Assembly: GCA_014905635.1 (NCBI GenBank)
Contig: JABVCE010000052.1
Span: 1 to 64,000 of the forward strand
Length of the DNA stretch: 64,000 nt
Direction of reading: 5' to 3'
Source of the DNA: Scenedesmus sp. PABB004
Lineage: Eukaryota
Below the pieces are notes generated by a model. It was not told the origin of the DNA, searched no databases, and saw nothing but the letters and a program-made list of their open reading frames with translations. A program made the position numbers and the translations under genes. Below are positions 46,426-58,638 of the stretch, in pieces; within the stretch, counting starts at the first letter, position 1, and every line of letters starts with the position of its first letter.

Positions 46426-49400
46426 GGGGGGGGGGGAGAGGCGATGAGGCGGCGAAGTGAGGGGCAGGGGCAGGCGGCGCCAGCGCACGCGGCCGCCCGC
46501 GAGCACAGGGCTACAGCGGTCCGGCGGGCGCGCCCGCGCTGCCGCCGCCGCGCACCCGCTGCTCGCGCGCCGCTAGCGCCTTGTGCGTGTCCAGCTGCGC
46601 CTGCGCCTGCGCGGCGGCGGCCTGCGCGTCTGCGAGCTCGCCCGCCAGCGCTGTGACCCGCGCGTTGAGCCTGCGAGCAGCGGCGCGCGGTCAGCAGTCA
46701 GCGGGCCGCACAAGCACTTGCCCCCCCTGCCCAGGCGCAAACGCGCGCCGCGCCCACACCTGGCTGCCGTGAGCCGCGCGACCTCCGCCTCGGTATGCTG
46801 CCGGCTCGCCTCGCGCCGCGCCTCGCCCGCGCTGACCTGCTGCTCCGCGGCAAGCAGCCCGCCCTCCTCGGCCGCCGCCTCGGTCAGCGCCTGCGCAGAC
46901 GGTGGGCGGTCCGCGGGCGTCGGTGGCGGCGCGCGCGTGCCGCGGGCTGGCACACCCCACCGCCAGCGCCGGCTGCCCACCTGGAGGGCCTCCAGCTCTG
47001 CCAGCCGCTGCTCGGCCGCCGCGAGCGCCGCGCGGCACTGCCCCAGGTCCCGCTGCAGCAGCAGCACCTGCGGCACCGCGCCCTCCTCGCCGGGCAGCTC
47101 TGCGGCGCGGCATGCAGCGTGGCGGTCAGCGGGGGCAGGCGGCGCGCGCGCCGCTCGCTCAGCTGCTGCGCGCTGCGCACCGGCGTGCCCCGCCAGCCCC
47201 GCGCGCGCGACCGCCAGCTCTGCCTCCATCGTCGCCAGCTGGGCGTCTCGCTCCGCCAGCAGGCTGAGCAGCTCGGCGCCCTGCGACGCCGCGGCGCGCG
47301 CGCCGGCGGCGGTGCCCCGTGCCGAGGTGGCGCCCGGGCTGCCGCTGCTGGCGACGCCGTCATTGAGCGAGACCTCCGCCTCCTCCGCCTCCGCCTCCGC
47401 CTCCTGCTCCGCGCCGCCCGCTGGCACACCAGCGCTGCCTGACGCCATGCCGCGCGGCTGCGCCGCCGCCAGCGCCGCCAGCTCGGGGGACAGCTGCTCC
47501 GCCCGCTGCTGCGCCTGCGCGGCGCTCGGGCGCGTGGGGGCGGCGGCGCGTCAGCCCCCGGCAATGGCCCCCGCGCAGCGGTGGCCCTGTCCCACACCGG
47601 CCGCGCCGGCGCCAGCGCGCGCGCCTGCAGCAGCTGCGCCGCCTGGGCTGCCAGCCGCTCCTCGAGCGCCGTGTTGGCTGCGCGGGCCTCGGCCAGCTCG
47701 TCCTGCAGCTCGCTGATGGCCGCATCCTTGGCCAGCAGCAGCTCCAGCGCGCGCCGGTTGCGCTCCTGCGGCAGCGGCGGCCGCGCGGCGGGCGCGGGCG
47801 GTGAGGCGGCGCGGAGCTGCGCGCAGCAGGGGCGCAAGCCACCCGGCGGCCCGCACACCTCCTGGCGGGCCTGCTCCTGCTTCGCGCCGGCGTCCACCAG
47901 GCTCGCAGCGTCAGGCTGCTCGGCTGACAGGTGCGCCACGAGCGCCCGGCTGGCCGCCAGCTCAGACTGCGCCGCCACGAGCGCAGAGCGCAGCTGCGCC
48001 ACCTCCAGCCCCTCGGCCACGCCGCCAGGCTGCGCCATCGCTGCGGAAGTCGCGGCGTGCTCCGCCACCGGCGCCAGCTGCGACGCCCAGCTGCCGCTCG
48101 GCAGCTGGCCGGGTGGCGCGCGCAGTGGGGCATGCGCCACCTGCTCGCCCTCGTCGCCGCTGCCGCTGCCGCTGCTGGCATCGGCGTCGCCGTCCGACGT
48201 GTCCGCCAGCTGACGCGCGGACGGCCGGAGCAGCTGTGGCGCCGCCGCCGCCGCGGCCTGCTCTTGCTGCTGCCGGCGCGCCTTCAGCGACTCGCGCCAT
48301 GACTGCAGCGCGGTGGCGCCGCTCTCCTGCTGGTCCGGCCGGCCCTGCTGCACGCCGCAACCCAGCAGGCTGCGCTCGGACGCCGCCGCGCTCTCGCCCG
48401 CGCGCTCCCGCGGGCCCGGCGCTGCCGCATCGCGGGCGGGCGCTGCGCCGCCGCCCACGGGCTGCCACCGGCCGGCGCCCTCGGTGCCGCCGGGGCTCCG
48501 CCAGCTGGGCAGTTCGGCGAAGCTCACACTCTTGCGCACGCAGCGCGCCGCGCCGGCGTCGGCGCCGGGGTCGGAGCTCGCGCCGTCGCCTGCGCTCTGC
48601 AGCAGGCTGCGCGCTCTGCCGACGCCGCTGCGCAGCAGCCGGCCCGGCGGCGAGCGCTGGCCGGCGCTGTCGCTGAGCCGCTGCCACACGGGCAGCCTGC
48701 CTGCGGCGCCGGCGGCGCGCTCCGCGCCGGTCGCCTGCGGCTCGCTCGCGCCAGCCGAGGGCGGCTCGCCTGCTGCATCCGCGCCCGAGCCCGACTGCCG
48801 CGGGCTGCGCTGCGGGCTGCGCTGCGGGCTGCGCTGCGGGCTGCGCTGCGGGCTCTTGAAGCTGCGGCGGAGCGACAGCGGGGGCGGGGCGGCCGCGGGC
48901 GCGTGAGGCGGCCGCGCCAGCCGTGCCGCGACGCGCAGCCCGCGCCGCCGAGCACGCACCTGCCCGCACGCGCGGCGCCGCGCGCGCCGCCGCCGCTGGC
49001 CCGGCCCTCCGGCTCGGGGTGCAGGAAGAAGGTGGCATGGAAGCGCTGGTCGAAGAACGCCGTCTGTTGGTGGCGGTGGTGGTGCCGGTGGTGGCGGTGG
49101 TGCGCGCGCGTGTGTGTGTGTGGGGGGGGGGTGCGTGCAGCGGCCGGGCTCTCGCCGCAGGGCCGCGGCCGCAGGCGGCGCCGCCAGAGCGCGTCGCCAC
49201 CCCCCTCCCACCCCCCCACCCCCCGCGACCCCCCCCCCTTTATGTAGAAGGGGTCCCGCTGCCCCGCGTCGGTGGCGCGCGCGCGCGCCGCAAACTTGGG
49301 GCCGAGCTTGAGCGTGACCGCCAGCTCCACGCTCTCGCCCGGGCGCAGCCGGAACGCCGCCGGCGCGACCGAGTAGCGGTCGCTGCTCCCCGGCCGCACC

Positions 49401-49620
49401 TCGCCCTCCACCGCCGCCTTGAGGCCGTTGGTGACGCGCAGCGTCGCGGCCTGGGCCTGCGCGCACGCGCGGGCGCGGCGGGTAGGCAGCGGGAGTCTGC
49501 GCCGCGGGCCGCGCCGGCCGCGCCGGCCGCGGCACGGCGGCCCCCGACGTGGCGACGCACCTGATTGAACCGCACGTCGCGGAACACCAGCTCCCGCGGC
49601 TCCAGGGTGAGCATCTCCAT
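34817..49620 (-). CDS. Very large multi-exon coiled-coil protein with N-terminal Ig-like (ASH/PapD/MSP-type) domain; candidate basal-body/ciliary protein
   Basis: N-terminus MEMLTLEPRELVF.DV..NQ|...LRVTN.L...Y.V.P..F.LRPGES..L.V.L, then ~14 kb of heptad-rich exons joined by plausible splice sites. Single-gene status and the 3' end are inferred. Confidence 0.7.
46338..46422. repeat. (GT)n intronic microsatellite followed by poly-G
   Basis: Direct reading of the sequence. Confidence 0.95.
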
Positions 49621-50284
49621 CGCGGCGCCGCGCCGCTGATGCCGCCGGTGCGGGCGGCGCGGTCACGCGCAGCCGAGCGGCGGGCCCATGCCGGGTGCGG
49701 CCCTCGCTTCTCTGGACAGTCCCACGGGGTGCGCAGCGGGGCCGGGGCCCGCAGGTTGTTGAGGCAGCACCACCGCGGCGGCGCGACGGCGGTTGGGGCG
49801 CGGGGCGTGCGCCGCGCGGCACTCACGGTCGGCAAATGCGCGTTTGGGGCCGGCCCGGAGCTCTGGCGCGTAGCGGCGGCGCGAGCTGTCGCGCGCGCCG
49901 TGGCGCGGTTTGAGCGCAGGCGGCGCGCCGCGCGCAGGTGGGATGCACCAGGCAATCTGGGAGACAGCCGAGTTGGGCGTGTTGCATTGATTCCAGCGTC
50001 CGTCCGGCCCTGCACGCAATGCAGTCGCCGGCGCCGCGCGCACGCGCGCGCGCACTGGGCGCCGCCGCGCGCCCGTCCGATATTTCGGTTCGACGGGGGG
50101 TCGTGCCAGGGGTTGTATTCGTCATGTGCGCGGTCCGGGGCGCGCTCGGCGGCCGCGCCAGCAGTCAAGGCGGCGCGCGCGCGGTCAAGGCGCGCAGCAC
50201 GGCACGCGTCAGCAGCACGCCAGCAAGAAAGAAGCAGTCCGCGTTTCGGTGGCGCCCGGCCCGACGCCCCCCCCCCCTCGCGCG

Positions 50285-52173
50285 TCACTCTGCGTGCTCC
50301 TCGGCGCGGCCCTCCGGCCCGCCGACCGGCACGGGGTGGCCGCTGCCCTGCGCCCAGAGCTTGGCCAGCGTCAGCTGCGGCGCGGGCGACAGCGCCGCGG
50401 GCGAGGCCGCGAACGGCGACAGCGGCACCGCCGTGCCGCCGCCGCCGCCGCCGCGCGCGTGCGCCGCGACGTGCAGCCGCGGCGTGACGACCTGCCCGCC
50501 GCCGCCGGGCGCGAGCAGCACGCCGCTGCCGCCGCCTGGCGCGAGCGCAGCCAGCCCCGGCGCGCCGTGGTGCGCGTGCCCGCCGCCGCCGCTCGCGGGC
50601 AGCGCCCCGCCGTGGCTGGCGGCGCCGACGTGCTTGTGCACCACGTGCCCGCCGCCCCCGCCGCCGCCGGGGTTGCTCACGCCGCGCAGGAACACGCCGC
50701 CGCCCGGCTGCCCGCTCGGCTGCTTGGCGAGCAGCGGCACGCCGCCGTGGCTCTCCCGGCTCTGCGGCAGCCGCCCCGCCGCGCTGCGCCGCGCCACGAC
50801 CTTGCGGCTCTTCTGGTGGTACAGCGCGCTGAACACCACCGCCACGCCGCCCCTGGCGCGCGGCGACGGCGGCGGCGGCGGCGGCGACGGCGTCGGCGCG
50901 CGGCGTGCAGCGCCAGGGCGGGCGCGCGCCACGGCGCGGAGCGCGGTGGCGGGGCGCGGCGCTCAGCGCGCGCACCACTGCGCCAGCGAGAGCGCGTGCC
51001 CGAAGAGCAGCGACGAGAGCAGCACGCTCGCGCACTGCCGCGTCGTCATCATGAGCGCAAACACGAGCGCGCCGTGCGCCTGCAGCACGTGCGCGATGCA
51101 CACCTGCGGCGGCCGCGCGCGCGACACCGCTTTCACGCCGCCGCCGCCGCCGCGGCGCGCCCCACGCCCTGCGCCCCGCGCCCACGCCCCCCCCCCCCCC
51201 ACACACACACACGCCCGCCCGCCCACGCCACCCCCCCCACACACACACACCTGGATGATGGTGCTCATCGCGCTGAGCCCCAGCACCGCCGCCGCGGCGG
51301 GCGGGTGGCGCAGCAGGAACGCGGCCGCGGGGCGCAGCTGCCCGCCCGCCGCTGCGGCGGCGAGGGAGTAGGCGGTCGAGAAGGCGGTCGTGTAGAGGAG
51401 CTGCTCGCGGATGGTCGTGCCGTGGCTGCGGAACAGCGCCTCCTGCTGCGTGCTCGTCCAGCCGTCGGCGGCGAGGTACACGAGCAGCAGCGCCAGCCCC
51501 GCCGCGTGCGCGGCCCAGCCGCCGCCGCGCGGCGCGGCGGCGCTCGCGATGTCGCCGCCGAGCACAAAGAGGCTGCAGCCGCCCGTGATGAGCACCGCGT
51601 GCGCGTACTGCTCGCGCTGGTAGCGCTTGCCGCCCACGAGCGTGCCCCACAGCACCACGGGCAGCGCCTTGCTCGTCTTGGCGAGCGTCGCGGTCACAAA
51701 GCTCACGTACTTGAGCGCCTCGTACTGGCACAGCGTGCTCAGCATGTTGCTCGCGGAGACCGCGCAGTACGCGCGCACCGGCGCGACCGGCAGGAAGCTG
51801 TGCCCGCACGCCTGCGAATGCGCCGCGAGCACGACGACCTGCGGCGCGGCGCGGCGCGGCACGGCGCGGCGCGGCGCGGCGGGCGGGGCGGGGCGGGGCG
51901 GGGCGGGGAGGCGTGGGCGGCCGCCCGCCGCGGGCCGCCGGCCGCCGGGCGCCCGCCGCCGCCCGCCGTGCTGCTGCGCGCCTCGCTCGCTCAGGCGCGC
52001 ACCGTGAGCAGGCGGTTGCAGAGCACGAGGAACGCGGAGTGGCTGAACAGCTCGCGCTCCGGCCCCTCGCCCCAGCCGCGCGTCATCACGCGCTCCTGCA
52101 GGACGCCGTACACCAGCAGCGCCGCCGTGGCGAGCACCACGCTCCACGCGTCGCGACCCGCCCACGGCGCCAT
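50285..52173 (-). CDS. UAA-family (SLC35B2/UTr5-like) nucleotide-sugar/PAPS transporter
   Basis: LVYGVLQERVMT, FLVLCNRL, CQYEALKYVSF...LAK..K.LPV.LWG, DG.TST.QE.LF, GALVFALMMTTRQ..S.LLS. Confidence 0.9.
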
Positions 52174-52999
52174 CGCGCCGCCGGCGCCGGCGGCGCCGCG
52201 CCCGCCGGCGCGCGGCCGGCGGCCGGCGCCAGCTGCTGGCGGCGAGGGGAGGCCCCGGGCGAGAGGGCCTGGAGCCGCTGGCCCTGGGGGCGAGCCGGGC
52301 CGGGCCCGCCGCGCAGGCGCGCCGCGCGCCGCCCGCGCCGCGCGCTGCTCCGCTGCTGCCGCCGGCGCCGGCCGCTGCCCGGTGAGCGCTGAGCGAGCGC
52401 GTGCGCGCAGCAGTGCTAGAGAGTCAGTCGGTCGTGCTAGAGTCAGCTAGAGTCAGTCGTGTGGGCTGCGGTGCGGCAGCGAGAGGGCCCCGATGGCCGC
52501 AACCGCCACCCGGGCCTGGCCGCTTCTGGCGGTGTGCTGGTTGTCCTGATGCTGCTGAACGGTGCCGGAGCCAACTGAGAGGCGCTGGGCGAGTTTGCGG
52601 CGCCGGGCGCGCGGGTTGAGCAATCAAACAGTCGCGCTCTCGCCTGCTGCCGGCGCCTCGCGGCCGTGCACCGCCGGGCGGGCTTTCCTGGACGACGTGG
52701 CACATCCAGCCGGCCCGTCGGCAGCAGCGCTGCGGGCCCCGCGAAACAGCGGCCGGCCGCGCTGCGCAGCACGCCGCAGCGCCGACAGCGGGCCGCGTGC
52801 CGCGGCGGCGGCAGACCCGCTACGCCCTGCTCCCGGGGCTGCCCGCCTCCCCGCAACCCCGTCGCCAGCGGCGCGCCATCGCCGGCCGGCCGCCTGGCGC
52901 GCACGGCGGAGCAGCGGCGCCGCTGCTCCGCCGCTGCAGCGGCGCCGCCGCCTGAACGGCCGGCGCCGCCGTCCCTGGGCTCTGGCCCCCGGCGCCGCC

Positions 53000-55900
53000 A
53001 TGAGCGGCCGCGGCGGCGGCGGCGGCCGCGGCGGCGGCGGCGGCCGCGGCGGGCGCGCCCAGGAGGACTGGAGTGGCGCGGCGGTGCGCGCCGCGGCGCG
53101 CGCGGACGGCGGCGAGCCCTGCCCGCAGCCGCTGGCCTGCCCCGGCAACGCCCTGCTCTACTGGTTCCTGATGTGAGCCCTTGAGAGGGGGGGGGCAGGC
53201 AGCAGGCCGGGGCTGGAGCCCCCGGGCAGCAGGCGCCGGCGCGCTGCCCTCACAGCCCGCCCTGCCGCCGCGCCCGCGCGCGCCGCCGCCGCGGCGCAGC
53301 GAGCTGCAGTCCGACATGTGCGCGCACGACGCGGAGCGCTTCCGGCACACGCTCTCGCACGTGCTGTCGGCGGCGGCCGACCTCGCGGCGCGGCGCTGGC
53401 GGGTCGCGAGCCGCGTCGACGCGGTGCGCCTGCGGGGCTGCAAGGAGGTGCTGGCCGACGTCATCGAGCGCTGCCTCTGGGCGCAGTTCCCGCCGGAGCC
53501 GCTGGGCGAGGCCGAGCGCGTGGCGCGCGACGCCGACCTGGTGCGCGGGCGCCGCGCGGCGGCAGCGGCCGCCGCCGCGGCGGGGCAATTCCCACGCCTC
53601 ACGCGCAAGCGGCGCCGCAGGCGGCAGAGGCGGAGGCCAAGCGTGCGGAGGCCAAGCGCAAGCGCGACGCGGCCAAGGCCGCCAAGCAGGGCCTCCCGCC
53701 GCCGGCGGGCGGCAGTAGCGGCGTGCCGCGCATGGTGGCAGCGCCGAGCGGCGCCGCCAGCGGCGGGCCGTCAGGGCCGCGGCTGGACTCGGGCGGCGAC
53801 GGCAGCGGTGGCGGCAGCGACGGCGGCAGCGACGACCCGGGGGCAGCGTTCCGGCAGCTGGGCGTGGCGAGCCACAACCCGCTGAGCGAGCTGCAGCGCA
53901 TCTTTGGCCGCGGTGAGCGCCCCGCGCAGCAGCGGCTGCTGCAGGGCGCCGCGCGCGCCGCCACGGCCGCCTACGCCCGCCGCCCACGCCGCCCACCCGC
54001 AGACCCCAAGCTCGCCCCGCTGGCGGCGGCCGCGGCCGCGCAGCTGGCGCAGCAGCACGCGGCCGCCGAGGCGGCGGGCGGTGACGCGCTGGGCCGCCTC
54101 GCCGCGGCGGCGGCCGCGGCCGCGGCGGGCGGGGCGCCGCCCGCCGGCGCTGCGGCGGCGGCGCCCAAGAAACGCAAGAAGCGCCCCGCGGCGGAGGACG
54201 GCGGCGCGGACGGCGGCGGCAGCGCGGGCGAGGGCGGCGGCGGCGGCGCGGCGCGGCGCGGTGGGGGCAAGGCGGCCAAGGAGTACCTGCCGCGCCCCGG
54301 CACAGCCAACTTTGCGTTTGCCGTCGCCCTCTACCTGGTGCGCGTGGGGGTGGTGGCGCGGGAGAGGGGGGGCTGGTCGGGGGCGCTGGCGGCGCGCTGG
54401 CGGCGGCGCGGGCGCGGCCCGCAGCTCGGGCGCTTGAGCCCGGGCTCCCCGCCGCCCCCGCCGCGCCGCCAGGCGCACCGCACGGGCTCGCCGCACCTAG
54501 GCAAGGCGGCGCTGCTGGACGCGGCGACCGCGAGCGGGCTGAGCGACACGCCGCTGGTCAGCGCGGCCGCGGGCGCCGGCGCGGGCCGCGGGCGGCTGCC
54601 GCAGCGCGGCCCGGCGCAGTGGTACGACGGCTGGAGCAACATCAAGGTGTGGTGCGGCGGCGGCGGCGGCGGCGGCGCGGCGGTGGCGGCACGGCGGTGG
54701 CGGCGCGGCGGCGCGGTGGCCTGCCGCCCAGGGCGCGGCGCCGACGTGCCGCCGCGCCGGCCGGCGCGCGCAGACGCTTGAGAACCGTGCAGTGCCGCTC
54801 ATCCAGCGCTGGTCCAACCCGGTCAAGGTGCGGCTCACGCCCGAGGGCATGGCCCTCGGCGCCGCGCTCTACCGCCAGGCCGTGGAGGCGGGGCGCATGG
54901 CGGAGCACCCCAGGCGCGGCGCGCGCGGGCGGGAGGCCGCCGCGGCGGCGCCGGCGCCGCGACGCGGGTGCGCGCACCGCCCCGGCCCGGCCACGCCGCT
55001 GCTGCTCACCGCGGGCGGGCGCGCGCGCAGGTTCCGCTGGACGCAGAGCCGCCGCCGCCGCCGGCGGCGAGCCTTGGCGGCGGCGCGGCGGCGCCGGCCC
55101 CAGCGGACGGCGGCTCCACGCAGCCCAGCGGCAGCGGCGACGGCGACGGCGAGGGCGCGGCGCCGGCCAAGAAGCGGCGGCGCGCCAGCAGCAAGGCGGG
55201 CGGGGGGGCGGGCCCGGGGGTTGTGGAGGGCGCGAGCGTGCCGGGCGGGGCTGGCGGCGGAGCCGCCTTTGCCGCCATGGCCTGGGGCGACGACGACCCC
55301 TGCGTGGCGGGCGACGGCTTCTGGGGCGAGGCGTGCGTCATTGACGACAGCAGCGCCGACGAGGCGCCAGGCGGCGACGAGGCGCCAGGCGGCGGCCGCT
55401 GCTGCGCCGGCGGCGCGTCAGAGGCGGAGAGCGAGGAGTGGCGGCCGCCGGGTGGCTCGCCCAGGGCGCCGTGCAGCAGCGCGGCGGCGGCGGCGGCGGG
55501 GCCCCGGGGGCCGCAGCCGCCGGCGTCGCGAGCGCCGCCGACGTGGCCTGCCTCGTTGACATGGGCTTTGGCGCCGCCGCCTCGGCGCGCGCGCTGCACG
55601 AGGCCGGCGGCTCGCTGGTGGACGCGGTGGCGTGGCTTGCAGAGGGGGGACCGGAGCAGCAGCAGCAGGAGGCGGCGGAGCAGCAGCAGCAGCAGCAGGA
55701 GGCGGAGCTGCCGCAGCAGCTGATGGGGGAGCAGGACGGGGGGCAGGGCGCGGAGGGCGAGTATGCTGACGACGTTGCGCTCGCGTTCCACCCCCATCTG
55801 ATAGGCACAGGCGGCGCGGACCTGCAGGCGGAGCAGCTGTCGCAGGTGGAGCAGCCGTCGCAGGCGGGCCTGGGGCGGCCGCCGGAGCTGACGGGCCGCC

Positions 55901-56846
55901 CGGCGCAGCCGCGCACGCGCCGGGCGTCAGACAGCGGCGCGGCCGCTGCAGTGGCGGCGCCGCAGCGCGCCAGGCCGGCCGGCAGCAGGGGCGCCGCCAG
56001 CAGCGGCGCGGCGGCGTCGGCCGCCGCGTCCGCTGGCAGCAGCGAGCCGCGCGGCTCGCAGCCGTGCGCTGCCGGCGGCGGCTACGTCGGGCTCGACATG
56101 TGAGCGCGGGCAGGCGGGGGGGGGGGGGGGGACGCGGGGCCGCCGTGCGCCGCTCCGCCCGCCCGGCCGCCAAGCCTCGCCGCCGCCGCCGCCGCCGCAG
56201 GTCGGCCGCGCGCCCCTGGGCGCCGGCGCTGCTGTCGGCGCCGCTGGCGCTGCGGCTGCCGCCGCTGGCGCGGGGCGAGGCGTTCCGGGACGCCTACGAC
56301 GTGCTGCTGCTCATCGACCAGCGCGAGCAGTACGCGGCGACGTCCGCCAGCCGCGCGGGTGCGGCGGCAGCCCGCCGCTGCGCCCACCAGCAGCGCGTGC
56401 GCGCTCGCAGCGCGCGGGGAGCCCGCCGCACCTCCGGCCCACGCTGCCGCCCCCCGGGGCGCCGCGCCGCCCGCGCAGACTCGCTCGCGGGCCACGTCGC
56501 GGCGCTCGTCGCGGCGGGCGTGCGCGTGGACGCGGGCGTGACGCTCGCGTGCGGCGACTGCGTCTGGGTCGCGCAGCACCGGGTCAGCGGCGCGCGCTAC
56601 GTGCTCGACTGGCTCGCGGAGCGCAAGTCGTACGTCGACCTCTCAGCCTCCATCCACGACGGCCGCTACGGCGTGCAAAAGTGGGCCATGACCGCGCACG
56701 CCCGCCTGGGCCAGCCCCTGCTGCTGCTCGAGGGACGCGCGGCCGACCTGGCCGCGCGGCACGGCGACGGTGCGCCGCGCGCCGCGCGGGGCGCCGCGCG
56801 CGGCGCGCGCCGCACGCAGGCGGGCCCTGGCGCTGACGCTGCTGCG

Positions 56847-56891
<45 letters not shown>

Positions 56892-57736
56892 GCCGCCGCC
56901 GCCGCCGCCGCCGCGCAGCCCCGGGCGCGACGCGCGCGGCGGCGTGCGCGACGGCGGTGCACCGCACGCTGCTGCAGGACGGCTTCAAAGTCTTGGAGAG
57001 CAGCGGGCCGGCCGACACCATCGGCCTGCTCGCGCGCCTCACGGCGTGAGCGCGCGCGTGCTGCGCAGCGCGGCGCGGCGCGGGGCCGCACCGCGGCGCG
57101 CCGCCCGACCCTCGTGCCCCCCCCCCCCGCACGTGCAGGCTGCTGGGCGAGCTGTACGGACCCTGCACCCCGCCCGACGGCGCGGGCGGCGCGGGCGCGG
57201 ACGCGGACGCGGCGCCTCGCCTGGGCGCGGTGCCCGTGCGCGTCGACGCGCGCCCGCTGGAGGCGCTGGGCGCGTGGAACGCCCGCATCGCCGCGGCGCG
57301 GCGCACCAAGACGGTGCGCCAGAAGTGGGGGGAGCTGCTGCTCGGCGTGAGTGGTGAGCGGGGGGGGGGGGCACGGCGCGTGCCGCACGCGCGGACGAGA
57401 GGCGTGCGCGGGCGGCCGTCCGCGCGCGTGTGCGGGCGCGCCACAGGCGTCTGGCGCCGCTCTGCCGCCGCGCGCGCAGGCGTGGGGCCCGAGGCCGCGG
57501 CCGCCATCGTGGCCGCGTACGCCACGCCCGCGCGCCTGGCGGCGGCGTTCCGCGGCGCGTTCGCGGAGGCCGCGGCCGACGGCGGCAGCCCCGCCGCGGC
57601 CGCGCGCCGCCTGCTCGTCGACCTGCAGCTCAGCAGCGGCGGGCGGCTGGGCCCCGTCAAGGCGGCGGCGGTGTTCGACCAGCTGTTTGCGGCGGGCTGG
57701 GCCGCGGCCGGCGGCGGAGACGGCGGCGGCGATTGA
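53000..57736 (+). CDS. MUS81: Crossover junction endonuclease MUS81
   Basis: Winged-helix region (YLPRPGTANFA...WYDGWS...LTPEG) and ERCC4 core LLIDQRE, L.CGD.VWVA, VLDW.AERK...DL..SI.DGRY..QK, plus C-terminal HhH (GVGPEAA.AI, RLGP). One junction near 54910 needs a 1-nt correction. Confidence 0.9.
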
Positions 57737-57785
57737 GGCCGGCCAGCGCGCAGGCGGGCCTCCGGTCAACCGATCGCGAGCTGCA

Positions 57786-58503
57786 CCCGCCCGCCCTGCG
57801 CCGACCTGGGCCTGATCGCGGCGGTGCTGGGGCTGCCCTGGAACTGCCTGTGCGGCGGCGCGTTCCTGCTGGGCGACCTCACCGCGCAGCTGGAGACGCT
57901 CGTGCGGCAGCTCTACGTCGCGCTCGCGGGCGCGCTCGCGCTGTTCGTGGCCACCAGCTGGCTGTTTGGCCACCTGTCCGCCGCGGGCGCGCACGCCGAG
58001 CGCGACCTGGCGGAGCTCGTCCCCGGCGCCGGCCCGGGCGCCGTCGGGGCGTGGCGTGAGCGGGCCGCGGGTGACGGCGGCGGCGGCGGGCGGTGAGGGG
58101 GTCGGCACTGGTGCGCGGCGGCGGACGCGCAGCTCGCGGGCGTCTCGGGCGCCCGGGAGGCGAGGCGGCGAGAGGGCGCGGGTCAGACGCTGGTGACGCG
58201 CCGAGGCTGCCTCGCTGCGCTGCCGCCCGGCCGCCAGTCACGACGCACGCCCACGCGCAACACTCACAGCCACAGCAGCGAGTACTGCGCCCGCTCCCAA
58301 CACTCCCGCACGCCTCCGCCCGCCAGCGCGCGTGATCGCTGCGGCAGGGCGAGCAGCGCCGATCTGAGGCCGTCGGCATTAGGGTAGCCCGTGCGGCACA
58401 GGTGCGGCGTCCGCGCGAGCGCTGCCGCCGCGGGCGGGCACGGGATGGGGGCCCGCTGCTCCGGCAAGAGAAGGCGCCGCGCCGGCCCGCCGATCGGATG
58501 CAG
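57786..58503 (+). repeat. Inverted duplication, left arm (3' fragment of the 60477-61755 gene plus downstream flank)
   Basis: Reverse complement of 60033-60750, near identical. A 1-nt G deletion near 58046 shifts the copied C-terminus. Confidence 0.95.
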
Positions 58504-58638
58504 CGCGGTGCCCCGGCGACGCCCCCAGCCCTGGCCGCTTCGCCGACCCACGCACGCGCCGCCGCCGCCGCCGCCGCCACCGCCGCAGCGAGCCTGGAAC
58601 CAGCGAGCCCGGAGCCCGCCACCGCCGCAGCGAACCAG

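Noticed and set aside
49229..49240. Apparent GG donor after FYIK in the giant gene
   Set aside because: It sits in a long G run and an in-phase GT donor exists a few codons downstream, so it is not evidence of a novel splice site.
1367..52173. Functional cluster of transport genes (HUP, Rh, SWEET, apyrase, UAA transporter)
   Set aside because: The genes are interspersed with unrelated housekeeping genes, and no shared pathway or regulatory motif is visible.
54906..54915. Phase mismatch at a MUS81 intron (CACCCCAG|GC)
   Set aside because: One extra C in the C-run restores the frame; probably a homopolymer error.
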